NCBI RefSeq assembly: GCF_001194135.2
Contig: NC_068989.1
Location: 52,681,548 to 52,721,307 of the forward strand
Direction of reading: 5' to 3'
DNA from: Octopus bimaculoides
Lineage: Eukaryota
DNA: 39,760 bases
In this document: positions 22,177 to 34,265 of the stretch, in pieces
How the letters are laid out: the number at the start of each line of letters is the position of its first letter
How positions within the stretch are numbered: position 1 is the stretch's first letter
Position numbers and translations under genes: made by a program
Notes under the pieces: generated by a model
Database searches by the model: none
What the model was told of the DNA's origin: nothing
What the model saw: the letters and a program-made list of their open reading frames with translations, nothing else

Positions 22177-22324
22177 TCTTCACTCTGGCACTTGTATTGC
22201 AACAACAATGGCCTTTGCCGCTAAAATCTAGCAACTTCCATCCCATCTTCACTCTGGCACTTGTATTGCAACAACAATGGCCTTTGCCGCTAAACTCTAG
22301 CAACTTCCATCCCATCTTCACTCT
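22177..22324. repeat. 69-bp direct tandem duplication (2 units plus a 10-bp overhang)
   Basis: TCTTCACTCT recurs at 22177, 22246 and 22315; the units differ only at 22226 (A) versus 22295 (C). Confidence 0.97.
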
Positions 22325-22704
22325 ATCGAATATCATATACAAGCCTCTTGTCTCGTCGCCTATTTCGCTTCTCCTTCCTGCAATAACCCCCTTAATATTT
22401 TCTTCCCAGAAAATCATTGCTCTCGCACTCCCTTGCTGCTCATGTTAGTTTCTAATTAAAATATCTATACTCATTACATTGAACATGTTAATACTCGTTT
22501 CACTAATGATTTCGTGTAGATGTTGACTCGACGCAATTAACCTCAGATTAATTTTTAAAATTTGCTAATTGTTCACGACTACATATTTACGGTATTGCAC
22601 ATTTAAAGAAAAAAAAGAATCCATACTTAGCTGCTGAAATCTAAAAGCAGAAATATATCCGGAAATGTCACCCGTATTTGCCGAAATGAAATAGACAATA
22701 TTAA

Positions 22705-22916
22705 TTATTGGTTTCAAATTTTGGAACAAGTTCAGTAATTTTGGAGAGGGAAAATCGATAACAACGACCCCAGTGCTCAGCTGGTGTTTGTTTTATTGAC
22801 CCCCGAAAAGATAAAGGAAAAAGTCGACCTCGGCTGAATTTGAACTCATAATGTGAAGCCGGACAAAATGCCGCTAAGAATTTCGCCCCGGCGTGCTAAC
22901 GATTCTACAATCTCGG
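22705..22916 (-). mobile_element. tRNA-derived SINE (family B), near full-length
   Basis: Reverse complement aligns end to end with 34904-35117: GAATCGTTAGCACGCCGGGGCGAAA...GAGTTCAAATTC (B box)...CCGAGGTCGAC...CACTGGGGTCG...CCAAAATTTGAAAC. Confidence 0.88.
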
Positions 22917-23058
22917 GCATTAGTATTTTTTGTTAGATTGTTGATTATTAGTTTTCTTAGAGCAGCTTATTCTAAACATGTACTGCATATATTTAAGCAA
23001 TTTCGAGAATTAGTCTACGATGATCGTAGGTACAGTCTCTCCTGACTATCACCTTTAA

Positions 23059-23410
23059 GAAGAGAAAGATGAAAATGGAAACTGGAAACCATTTAGATTC
23101 ACAATGAATGAAGATGTGAATAAAATACAAGAAATGTTTAATAGTTATGTCATGAAGAAATGTGTCATATAAATCAAGAACAAAATGTATTTCAAAGAGT
23201 GGAATAAAGTTTATAAAGTTAAGGTAAAAAACTAAAGATTTGAAGAAAAGCTTTCGTCGAAAAACGAAAGAATATCGTCCAGTATTGAAGATTAAATAAA
23301 CTGCGGTTTGAAAGGGAGATAAGAGCAAATAGCAAAGGAGAGAGAACGGCTACGAGATTTAGTAAAGAGAAGAAACACCACAATGAGAGGAGTTAAGAAC
23401 ATAAGGAACT
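23059..23410 (+). mobile_element. Possible decayed Ty3/Gypsy gag fragment
   Basis: Frame reads FRFTMNEDVNKIQEMFNSYVMKKCVI*...IED*INCGL...KERERL, echoing the recalled gag pattern (L.KF..YC.PKKN.I...IRDRIVCG...RERLL) with similar spacing. By eye only; four internal stops. Confidence 0.3.
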
Positions 23411-23904
23411 GAGAAACATAAGTACAGCTACATTAAAAACTGTAAAATATAATTAGCTATTATACTTTTATTTTGAAAGGAATAACAAGGTCGTGAGTGT
23501 TTCCACGGTGACTACATAAGTCTTTTGAAATTATTCGAAGCCAGGCTTCATTTCTGGGGGCAATTAATTTTTCTTTTAACGGTATCCTTTTTGAAAGAGA
23601 AGGTAATGGATGTTTAAGCGATTCTGTTAGAGAAGGTAATGGAATTTTAAGTGTATAAAGTGCCTTGCTGCGGCGAAAATCTGTCTATCGAAGTAAGTAC
23701 GAAGTAGGAGGTAGCGGGTTGTAATCACTTTCGAAAAAGATTCAACGATATGAATGCTATGCTTCTGTTGAAGTATTACTACATTAATAAACTCTGCTAT
23801 TATCAATGCGAATACACCTGCTACAGCTAATATCCGAATAATTCCAACGGCTAACGCTAAACTTTGAAATTCAGTTGTTTTATATATACATATATACATA
23901 GATG

Positions 23905-24028
23905 CATAGAGAGAGAGAGAGAGAAAGAGAGAGAGACGTATATATAAAAATACCTATACACACATACGAGAGAGTAAAAGAAAGAAAGAAAGAAAGAAAG
24001 AAAGAACGAAAGAAAGATAGATAGATAT

Positions 24029-24085
<57 letters not shown>
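23905..24085. repeat. (GA)n then (AAAG)n(AGAT)n compound microsatellite
   Basis: Direct reading. Confidence 0.95.
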
Positions 24086-27000
24086 AAAAACATTTTTGCA
24101 CAGACGCAAATAAGCAAAGTTACATACGCCTATATATGCAAAGACGGACACTCGGACACACGCACCTACACGAAATACTTTACGCATTCAAGAAACACAT
24201 GAATAATAAAACAAAGTAGGATCGGTTCCTTCATATGTTTTCTCGAATTACAAGAAATAGATGCTATATCTTCCTCGAATCGCATTCAAAGTTTTTCTTA
24301 ATTTAGCTGCAGACAAACTGTACTTTAGAATATATAATGTAAAGTTCATGTGTGGTGTTTTAACATACGTAATCATGCATGTGGGTATGTAGGTGTGTAT
24401 ATATATATTCTGTGGCGCAAATATATGAGTGTATATGTATATGGGTGTAGGTATACATGTGGAGACATGCGAGAGTGTATGTGTGTATATATGTATATGT
24501 GTGTGTGTATGTATGTATATATATATATATATATATNNNNNNNNNNNNNNNNNNNNNNNNNNNNNNNNNNNNNNNNNNNNNNNNNNNNNNNNNNNNNNNN
24601 NNNNNNNNNNNNNNNNNNNNNNNNNNNNNNNNNNNNNNNNNNNNNNNNNNNNNNNNNNNNNNNNNNNNNNNNNNNNNNNNNNNNNNNNNNNNNNNNNNNN
24701 NNNNNNNNNNNNNNNNNNNNNNNNNNNNNNNNNNNNNNNNNNNNNNNNNNNNNNNNNNNNNNNNNNNNNNNNNNNNNNNNNNNNNNNNNNNNNNNNNNNN
24801 NNNNNNNNNNNNNNNNNNNNNNNNNNNNNNNNNNNNNNNNNNNNNNNNNNNNNNNNNNNNNNNNNNNNNNNNNNNNNNNNNNNNNNNNNNNNNNNNNNNN
24901 NNNNNNNNNNNNNNNNNNNNNNNNNNNNNNNNNNNNNNNNNNNNNNNNNNNNNNNNNNNNNNNNNNNNNNNNNNNNNNNNNNNNNNNNNNNNNNNNNNNN
25001 NNNNNNNNNNNNNNNNNNNNNNNNNNNNNNNNNNNNNNNNNNNNNNNNNNNNNNNNNNNNNNNNNNNNNNNNNNNNNNNNNNNNNNNNNNNNNNNNNNNN
25101 NNNNNNNNNNNNNNNNNNNNNNNNNNNNNNNTAATTAATTAATATATTATGGTTATAGAAAGATCCATTAGGAAATCTTGATGTATATGGGGGATAATTC
25201 TTTGGCAAGGGATTTTTACGCTGTAAACCGGGCGGTGTACGTCACTGGATTTGAATTGATTTGTTTGTTTACATTCTGAAAGAAAGTAACGATGGTAGGT
25301 TGCTTACCGTCGCTTATTCTTTCACCCTCTTGGATGATGTGTGTGTTTTGCTAATAATAGTAGTATTGGTGATGTCAATGATGCGACCCTGAAGAGATGG
25401 AGTATCCAGCAATTTGTAATATGTTGTAATATGTTACAATATTTTACGAGACATCTTATGATGTGGTTTATTTATCCGGGATACCCTATTGAAATGCGCA
25501 TAACATAATTGAGGTTTTCTCCATCCGATCGTAAACGGTTACATAGATGTTGTTTACTCTTCTTGGTTAGACCAAAGTTTAAATAAAACCTATGATCAGG
25601 AAACTTCCGTCTATGAGCATACTAAAATGTATCCATCTCCAGGTAACGCAGTCTGCATTACACAACATGTCCTTTTTCTGACGCCACAGTGTGATTGGAC
25701 AGAGATTTGGTTGCTGTTTCTAGCAGGTCTCCCGAACACGTCGTTAGTCTGTTGCTAGATAGTTAGATTTTGTGGGCAGGTACTAAATATGATTGTTAGA
25801 GTCAAAGAACACTCCTACATACGAGATATTTACTACCAATCATGTTAATAAATATATTAGCATTCTCATGACAGTAACAATGTAGCTTCCATTCAAAAAA
25901 CAAACTGTAAACAAAATAGATGCAAACAAATCAACCCACTAGATTTTCTGTATAGCTTCATCTATATTGCATTTGTGTTTGGATGGCAGAATTGCATGTA
26001 ACATAATATTTTGGTTTCAATTAAGATTTAAACCTTTCGGCAAATAGCAGTTCACTGTTCTATTTGAAAGCAGCATTATTACATTTTACAACATAAACCA
26101 AAATATAATGGACATTTTTCAACCTTTAAATTACTCTATTCTGTTTGAAATCCTAAATATTAAGTTTAATATCTCGGCTGAGTTTCGAGTGTATATATCT
26201 AAATTTAATAGTGAAACATCAAAGATTTATATTCCAAACCAATAGGCTTCACAGAAAACTATTAAAAACATAAACTTATTAGATATAAGATATTAATAAT
26301 CTCTCTGCCTAAGCAGAAATCAATCTGGTCAACATGTATATAAATATGCCGTATGCATATTGTTAATGGTTTGTCGTTTATTTTAAACAACCTTATCTAT
26401 TGATAACAAGAAGATATTTTTGTTCTTAAGTGATTACTAGGTGATTCCAAACGAGGGATATTATATATTTAACAGCAAACAATTTAGAAAGATAGAATTA
26501 ATCCTAGGTCACATAATTCTTCTGAAAGGATAAACTTTAATCTGCTTACCGAAATGTATTTGGAGAAAAATAATTTCTTTGTAATCGAATCTTCCGTTCT
26601 ATAGTTTTTGATAATTTCTTTGTAATCTTATAAACGAATGAATAAAACTGCCTTTTTTTGTAGACACATAAAAGTTGCTGAAAGTAATTTTATGATAAAT
26701 ATTCTGATTAAAGAACACTAATTATTTCTAAAATACATGATCACGAAAAATTAATGGATCAACAAAAATTGTGGTTTATTTTACTTGAAGGTATGAAAAA
26801 AGCCGATGTGGTTGGTAAATCACTTTAGACAGTTCTTAAGTGTTGTAGTTGACTGAACTAATTCAGAAAGAGACAAATAATTGACGGTTCCACTCTCATT
26901 TTCTGCTAATAACACTGTGCTCTTGTTACAAAGTTATTTAGAATTCCACTCCCCGATACAGTTATTACTAAATAAATCCTATACATAAGAATGTATCACT

Positions 27001-28284
27001 GATAATATAAGCAATGTTAGCTGTTACGTTATTTTGCAGTGTACAGCTTATTGCTATCTCCCAGAGGCCGCATGCTAACATATGAAGCTTAATATATTAG
27101 AAGAACATATGGCACTGTGAAACTTTTATCTCTCTCTCAAGAGCTTTACTGATGTGAATCACAAACTGAAACTATGTTCATCTGATCAAAATTTTACATC
27201 TATTACACACTGTTGAAAAGTTTGCTTCGGAATCATGTGATTGCTCGCCCGTTCCTCCTGCATGGGATATTTGAAACGTGTCTTCTACCAAAACAACGGG
27301 TCTTCCCAAACAGTGTGAGAAATTTGGGCCGAAGAACACTGTACACAAGCTCCTTAGATGGTCTTTAACTGTTCTTGTGCAATAAATTTAATTAGTGGTT
27401 CGATATGACATTGTTACCAGACTATTAGGTTTCGCATAATTACAAGCATTCAAGTAAGAACGTATGTCTGATGATAAAATAGCCGATCCGAAAATAAGTG
27501 AATAGCTTAAGTTAAATATGATAACCTGTATATAACTATTTTACTATTACTTTCTTACTACACCCTATTAAAAACTATATATTTTTGTCTTTCCCCCCAT
27601 ATAAAGAATTTGCTCTTTACAGATATGCGCGGAGAGAACATGGCAGTTGTTTTCTTATTGTTGTTGTTGATAATTGCTTAGCTTCAGCTCACCTTCAGTT
27701 GAACAGACCTTTGAATCTTTGATCAAAGATGTTTCAGTTATGTTAATGAAATTCAATAATACAGAATTCACTTTCAAATGGTGAGGTAGCTTCTACTGAA
27801 ATATTCAACAGGATGAAGTAAAAATATTTCTACTTAATTAGGTGTTTGTATATCACGTTAGATTGCATTCGCTCGTATTGTCTATCTCTCTTTTTCTATC
27901 TTCTTTTGTACTGTATCCTTCTAACGGGTAACATTAACAACATTAAGACATCAATGTCACTGTTTTGGAGAACCTGTGAAGGCCAAGCGCAATACATCTT
28001 TTTCTAGATAAAGTTAATTAAATTAACAACATCAGCTGCCTCTTCGATTTCAATGTACGAGGCAACACCACAGACGAACAGGTATCTCTATTTGTTAGCA
28101 ATTGTAGCTAATCTCTCTGAAACTCCAGCTGCATTTTTGAAAATAGAATACATACGATAATATAGTATGGTATGATGGTAGGGAAATTGTCTCTCATTGT
28201 AGTTCAACTGAATCTGTAAAGAAGTGAATCATATTACTTATTTGAGTATAAGACGCGCAATTTTGATGGAAGAGAACAGTCAAT

Positions 28285-28400
28285 ACCATTAAGTTCAACC
28301 CAAGGAGTTCACTGGTACTTTATTTTATCCATCCAGAGGTATACTAAACAAAATTCGAACCCAGAACATTCTAGATATTTCTTCAATGCACCGGCCTTAT
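28285..28400 (-). mobile_element. SINE family B fragment (degenerate)
   Basis: CTGGTACTTTATTTTATC and AATTCGAACCCAGAAC are the reverse complements of the family B core and B box. Confidence 0.55.
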
Positions 28401-29383
28401 TTAGGTACGTAAACCAATGACATTATAAAATACTTTCACATCAGGTGTATGTTTCTATCGGTAACGACGCATCTGAAAAGCAAGCACTACCTCTGTCCCG
28501 TTTCATTTTAAGATGTGGTTCCTTTCTGTCAAGGGCTACTATGCTGACGAAACCAAGATTCCACTTCCCAGACACCAAAGGGATTTCAACAGAGGATGCA
28601 GACGCATGGAATATAAACAATCAAGTTTTTTTTGCATCTAAGGTAGAGCTTTTATGATTTCATTCTCGCATACGCGCTTGCATCCACAATCTCCGAAGAA
28701 AACGGTCCGAATTTTGTTTGTCTACGAAGAAAGTAATGTCTTAACCTACGTTAAAACAGAAAAATTGTGTCACAAAATTTACCTGCACATCGAATTTCAC
28801 AGTGACAAACGCTTGGGTGGCGATCATACCAAACTCTAAATCTTTGAAACCGTGAAACTCGCAGCAAGCAAAATCAAAAAGTAAGTGAAATGCAATACTA
28901 CCAGATATGGCATACACTGCAGATTAAAAAGATACAGGTATTCGTCTTCCAATTACATTTACATACATATTTAAGTACTCATATATTTGATTATACATAT
29001 ACACACATTGTTGGATGTCCGTTAACTTTCGTGAATTCATCTACCGTTTGGCAGATTTTGGCTTTCGTGTGTGTGTGTGTATGTGAGTGTGGGGGGGGGC
29101 TGCGTGTGTGTGTGTGTGGGTGTGTNNNNNNNNNNNNNNNNNNNNNNGAGAGAGAGAGAGAGAGAGAGCTTCCAGATATGGCTGGTGAACCTTTGTCTAC
29201 GTGGCTGAAAGGAGGTTAATGGCTGGACTATCTCTTTCAGAAGCCATCTTAACACAGGCCAATGTAATTCTTCGTTTGAGGGGTCTCTTCTTTGGCGGAA
29301 CAGAACTGACCTCAACTTGAAATTTGAAGTAGCTCATCCATAGCTTCAGTGTATATTTAATGCAACACACACACACACACACG

Positions 29384-29423
<40 letters not shown>

Positions 29424-30392
29424 GATAGATAGAGTAAAAGAGAAAGAGAGAGAGAGCGAGAAAAATTGTTATTAATCAAAACAAGGGAAGAAATAGAGGA
29501 AATGAGGTTGAAAATTCCCAAAGAATGTATTAGAATTAATTAGAATACACATGACCGGTTTCTCATAAAATTCAAAATTGCATCGTGTATGGAGTAGTAC
29601 TTGTTTCACCTGAGATGTCCAGAGACGTCTTATCTGTCTGACGCTCGTAAATGCTTTGAAGCAGTGTTTGCCGGTTCGAAGCCTACAAATAAGGACGCTG
29701 TTGCTCTTCAATACGATATAAAACAAGAGTAAAAAGCAAATCAAAAAATCTATCCAGTACGTGTGAAATGATTAACCTCCAAAAGCACGTATCTCAGGCG
29801 CTTCAGTGTCTTTCATGCAACTCCTAGCAGACATAATAATGAATTAGAGTTGCAAAGAGGCAAAAACATGGTCGGACATTCATCCATCATAGGTTGGCAG
29901 AGTATATTTAACCAAACTAAAAGAGATGTTCCCCTTTTTTAATGTTTTATAATTCTTCCGATTTTCCAAATAGCACCTCTAGTTCATTTTTATTATACCA
30001 GAGCTTCTTTGACAGTTTGATATCTGCCATAAACCATTACAAACTTCATATATTTATATTCTCAATACACTCTGTATCGTGCACAATTTTCCCCGACAGA
30101 CTAATGTGTGCATGGCCGCATTCACATTACACTAAAGTACACATGCACACATGCTGACATACACATGTATACACTTGCAAAAAGAGGCATAGACACATAA
30201 ATATACATTCTCTCTATCCTTCTATATCTCTCTCACACATTCTCTATCTCTCTTTCTATCTCTCTCTCAAATACACATACGCACACCAACATACACATTC
30301 ATTTATTTTTCAGGCAAGCATGAGCATACCAAATTATTGTGCTCTTCCTCCTCGTGAGGAAATTTTTTATCACTGACATTTTCATATGCACA

Positions 30393-30444
<52 letters not shown>

Positions 30445-31289
30445 GAGCTCGCGCACACAGAGACGCATATTGATGCAAGCATGTAAAAATATAGCCCGGC
30501 GTGCTTGCATGTGAAATTTGAAGGCAAGAAGTTATACTCAGAAATATTAAACATCGATAGGGAATTGTCCTCACAGACACACGCACATACACACACAAAC
30601 TAAAAGAAAGCAAACCTGCACCCACAAACATACACACGCAAACACACACATGCACAGATAAAGAGGCAAACAGAGAGAGAGAGAAAGAGAGCAAACCCAC
30701 ATCGAGAGATAAAATTATTCACCACACACTTGCGCATTCTCTAAGATATAGTGTAACACTACAAATAGTAACCTAAAAATAGCGATTTAAAAATAATTGG
30801 AAACTGTCTTGTGACAAAGACCGCATGTGACTAGAGGAATCACAATTCCTATGACATATGTTTACAGCAATATATCATTCATGTGAAGAAGTTCGTATCG
30901 CTGCAGAGTGATTCCTAGTTCGATTTTATTATGCGACATTTGCGGAAAACATTTTATATTATAAACTCGGGACAAGCCATTTTTTGTGTTCAAAATTTGA
31001 TAGGGAAAAGCTACGTGAAATTATATCGATGGGAGCAATCGATTTCTGTTTTGGGGTGCTTTACTTAAGCTCTTACATGGTTTAACACCATTGAACGCAA
31101 GGTGTACACGTTTTTCGAAACCGACCCTTTGATATAAAGTTCAAATCTTCCCTTCCTTTCCGTCGCTTCAGAAATCCTGGAAAAGAGGCCATAAATATTG
31201 GTTTCACATTTATAACTCATGAAAAAGAAAGCATTCACCAAAGTTTATAGACATAAAGTCTGTTATCTTGAAGAGAATGAGTGATTCGA

Positions 31290-31450
31290 TACCCTTAACC
31301 GCTATGGTAGATTGGCACTTTATATATTAGATCCCGAAGTGACAAAAATAAGAGTAGACCTCGGTAGAATTTGAACCCAGAACGTTGAGTATCGGAGGAA
31401 CTTGCAGAAGACGTTTTGTCCCACGTTCTACTGATTCTGGCATCTCGGCA
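31290..31450 (-). mobile_element. SINE family B copy (degenerate), tandem with the next copy
   Basis: GACCTCGGTAGAATTTGAACCCAGAACGT and CTGATTCTGGCA are the reverse complements of the B-box and A-box regions. Confidence 0.75.
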
Positions 31451-31469
31451 AAGGTTTTTTAATAAAGCC

Positions 31470-31655
31470 AGAATTCTGCAACTTCGGGGATGGGGTATGT
31501 CGATTACATCGACCCTATGGCTATACTGGTACTACGACCCCAAAAGGGATGAAAATCAAAGACAACCTCGGTGAAATTTGAACCCAGAACGTAAGGACGG
31601 TCGAAATGCCGCTAAGCATTTTGCCTGAAGTGCTAACGATTTTGCCAGCCTACCG
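31470..31655 (-). mobile_element. SINE family B copy
   Basis: GTCGATTACATCGACCC...GACCCCAAAAGGGATGAAA...CCTCGGTGAAATTTGAACCCAGAACG...GCCGCTAAGCATTTTGCC...GCTAACGATTTTGCCAGC matches 22705-22916. Confidence 0.85.
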
Positions 31656-32227
31656 TCTTAGACCCATACTTAATATTGAGAAGATCATTTTTCTGTACCT
31701 TTTTAATTAAATAATGTGGCAGTTGTTCAGAGACAGTGTTTGTTTAATAAAAGAATGAAGAAGTTATGGCCGCAAGTCGCACGACTTGTCCCCAGAATTC
31801 AACCTTGTTATTATTTAGGTTTTATTCCTTTTCTAAGAATTAAAAATGTATATATACAAATGTATATATACTGGTTAAATTTCACAAGTCTCTAGCCTTT
31901 ATTTTTACATGAAAAAATAATTGATGCTGTGTGATCTAGGTTATGGGAAACACATTCGCAATTCATGATTCAGTTCCTAGTCTGGACGTTGCATTGTATT
32001 GTATTTTTGCGTGAAGCATCGGCAGCAGCTGTTCCTTATCTCGTGACTCATCTAAGCACGAATTTTAATCTCAGTTGCTTCAATCCCTCAAAACCCTGGA
32101 TAACTCTTAGCCTAATGAGCACGACATAGTCTTTACAGTTTCAACTAAGAAAAAAACCCTTAGTGGTATTCTTTAACAACAAAGAACTAATTTTTATTTG
32201 GTACTATTCTAATTTATTCATCCATTT

Positions 32228-32345
32228 CCCCGATGGCGTGGTGTGAACTGTAGCCGTCCTACGCGGTGTCTGAATTGGTCAGCACCTACCTGCAAAGGAC
32301 ATTGGCTCTGCTCCTTCCTCCCGGCCCTCGAGGTATAGAAAAAAT
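32228..32345. promoter_or_regulatory. Short GC/CpG-rich island with two ATTGG (reverse CCAAT) motifs; candidate promoter or enhancer
   Basis: About 61% GC over 32228-32333 by manual count, far above the flanks, with about 7 CpGs. ATTGG at 32274 and 32301. Function is inferred only. Confidence 0.3.
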
Positions 32346-33044
32346 ATATATTCCTCAAAGCGTCATTTCAGCGCCCACCGAATTAACGAATTTCGGATTT
32401 GAGCTATTGTTTATTAATAATAATGAAATGCATTAATAAATTATAGCTATAAAGCATTGAAAATTAAACGAATAAAGTGAAATATAATTGATTTTTTTTC
32501 AGTGAGAAAAAAGAAATAGAAGACAAAGAGTAGGAGTGATAGTGACCAAGAGAAAGACAGAAAGAAAGAATAGAATGAACGTTACACATAAACAGCGAAG
32601 AGTTGCATGATGGTAAAATAGATTGAAATGTTGTTAGAATTTTGTTTAATGACATTATCAAGTATAGCCCTCAATTTTCAAGACTGAAGTGTGTAATATG
32701 AAATGATGTGGCAGCTAATTTTAGTATTATTGAAATGCAAGCCAGCCTTGTTCGTTCAGCTCTGCAACACAAAAGTGTAATGATGATTGTTGCAGGATGG
32801 TGGCAAATGGACGACATAGTAATATAAGGAGAAGGAAAATACTAAAGCTTGTGATTCTGCTAAAGTCTTCTGTGACTAGTGAGGTACAGAGGTGAATTTC
32901 TTCTCAGACGAAGGACCTATCCCTGACGACTTGCAACAGACTTCATGACGCTAACGATAACCAGAGTCTAAGGGGTGAAATTGAACCGGGTGACGGATTA
33001 AACAACCATCGAAGGCGAGGAAAGATTTATCCGACGAGCATCCA

Positions 33045-33178
33045 TAAAATTTTTATGAATGCTTTTGCCGACCCAAGGCTTTAGTTGGAGGATCTCTCCA
33101 GAGATGCCTGGCAATCAGACCTAACCTAAACTAAGAAACTGTGATGCAAGCTACTTTACCGTGCAAACGTGCCTGAGC
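33045..33178 (-). mobile_element. SINE family A head (degenerate)
   Basis: CCGACCCAAGGCTTTAGT...GATGCAAGCTACTTTACCGTGCAAACGTGCCTG is colinear with the inverted head at 19120-19280. Confidence 0.6.
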
Positions 33179-33554
33179 TCATTTGTAATTTAAACCACAT
33201 TAGTGAAGTCAATAAACGAAGGAATCATTTTCTCTGTCCGGAACTTAAATTTGCTATCATCCTTTCGGAAGATTGAACTGAGAAACGCACATCCCTAAGT
33301 ACACTTTCATTGCTCCGTGTTCTCTTCGATGATATTTATAAAATGAAAAGATTATATTGTCAGTATTTAAAAACAAAAAAAATAACACAGCTTGAACAAC
33401 AGCATATGGCGCTCTCTTCTTTGATGAATGGGCTGAACTCAAAACCACTTTTTCATTTAGTTACGACAGACATATTTAAAATCACCAAATCCTATTTACT
33501 AAGAAATGGTGTATTGTGTATCGGAAATTCATTAGAGTAACAGATAAGATGTTT

Positions 33555-33625
33555 TGTGAAATTTAGTTGTCCACCGAGGTCGACTTCGCCCGTCATTCTT
33601 ACAATGTTGATAAAAAAAATGCTAG
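33555..33625 (+). mobile_element. SINE family B core fragment
   Basis: CCACCGAGGTCGACTTCGCC...TTGATAAAAAAAATGCTAG matches the family B core. Confidence 0.55.
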
Positions 33626-34129
33626 TATATCTGTTATACTCGTCTTTCATGTTCGATGCCTTATGTCTATGTTAAGAAGGGAATTGGCAGAATTGTTGAA
33701 GTAGCGGTTGACGCGTGCTCATATCTTCCAGTTACACTCAACCGAGTCATAGTATAATGTAAACCAAATAAATTAGTATCTGTAAAACTACAAGACGACA
33801 CGATCATAACTCGAACGCTTTTGATCATAATCCAGTAGGATATCAGTTTACCGGTAGCTAAAGTGAAGAAAAAATCTTTTGTCTCTTGTGAAACTTTAAT
33901 GCACGAATAGCTTGCAAAATATATTTAATACTATCTCAAAACAATTGCAAGAAGGTTACGTTAGTGAAAATAATTAATGTCGGTGAAACCACCGCCTATC
34001 TAAAAATATGTTAATATTTTAAGAATCTAGGTGAGGATCGGTATATTTTCTTTGTGTGTGTGAGCGTGTGTGTGTGTGTGCGTGCGTGTGTGAGTGTGTG
34101 ATACAAAGCACAATTGTGTATTTAGTTAA

Positions 34130-34265
34130 GTAAATTAACATTCTACATTCAAATCATGAGATCAAATTCATCTTTCAGTCTCGTGTTCAGCTATACTTTT
34201 CTTCCCTCCGGAATCGATGAAAAGAAAGTACCATTCAATTACTAGGATCGATTAAATCGATGATA
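34130..34265 (+). mobile_element. SINE family B fragment (degenerate)
   Basis: ATCGATGAAAAGAAAGTACCA...ACTAGGATCGATTAAATCGAT matches the family B 3' module. Confidence 0.55.

Larger units (their letters stand above)
1121..29147. other. Eight assembly gaps (N runs)
   Basis: N runs at about 1121-1443, 5275-5459, 9676-10424, 15890-16544, 16818-16889, 20155-20350, 24537-25131 and 29126-29147. Nearly all abut (TA)n, (TG)n or (GA)n tracts. Confidence 0.98.

Noticed and set aside
873-25208. Long ORFs (100-360 aa) in the ORF track rich in X, YI, HT or CV repeats
   Set aside because: They are read-throughs of N gaps and dinucleotide microsatellites, not genes.
21464-26627. Repeat-spacer-repeat units resembling a CRISPR array
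   Set aside because: Each has only two repeat copies, the three repeats are unrelated and kilobases apart, there are no cas genes, and the context is eukaryotic.
27240-27360. GYLKRVFYQN resembling the FLWGYLKxxVY motif of DD37D/DD41D transposases
   Set aside because: One short motif needing a frameshift, with no other catalytic motif or TIR.
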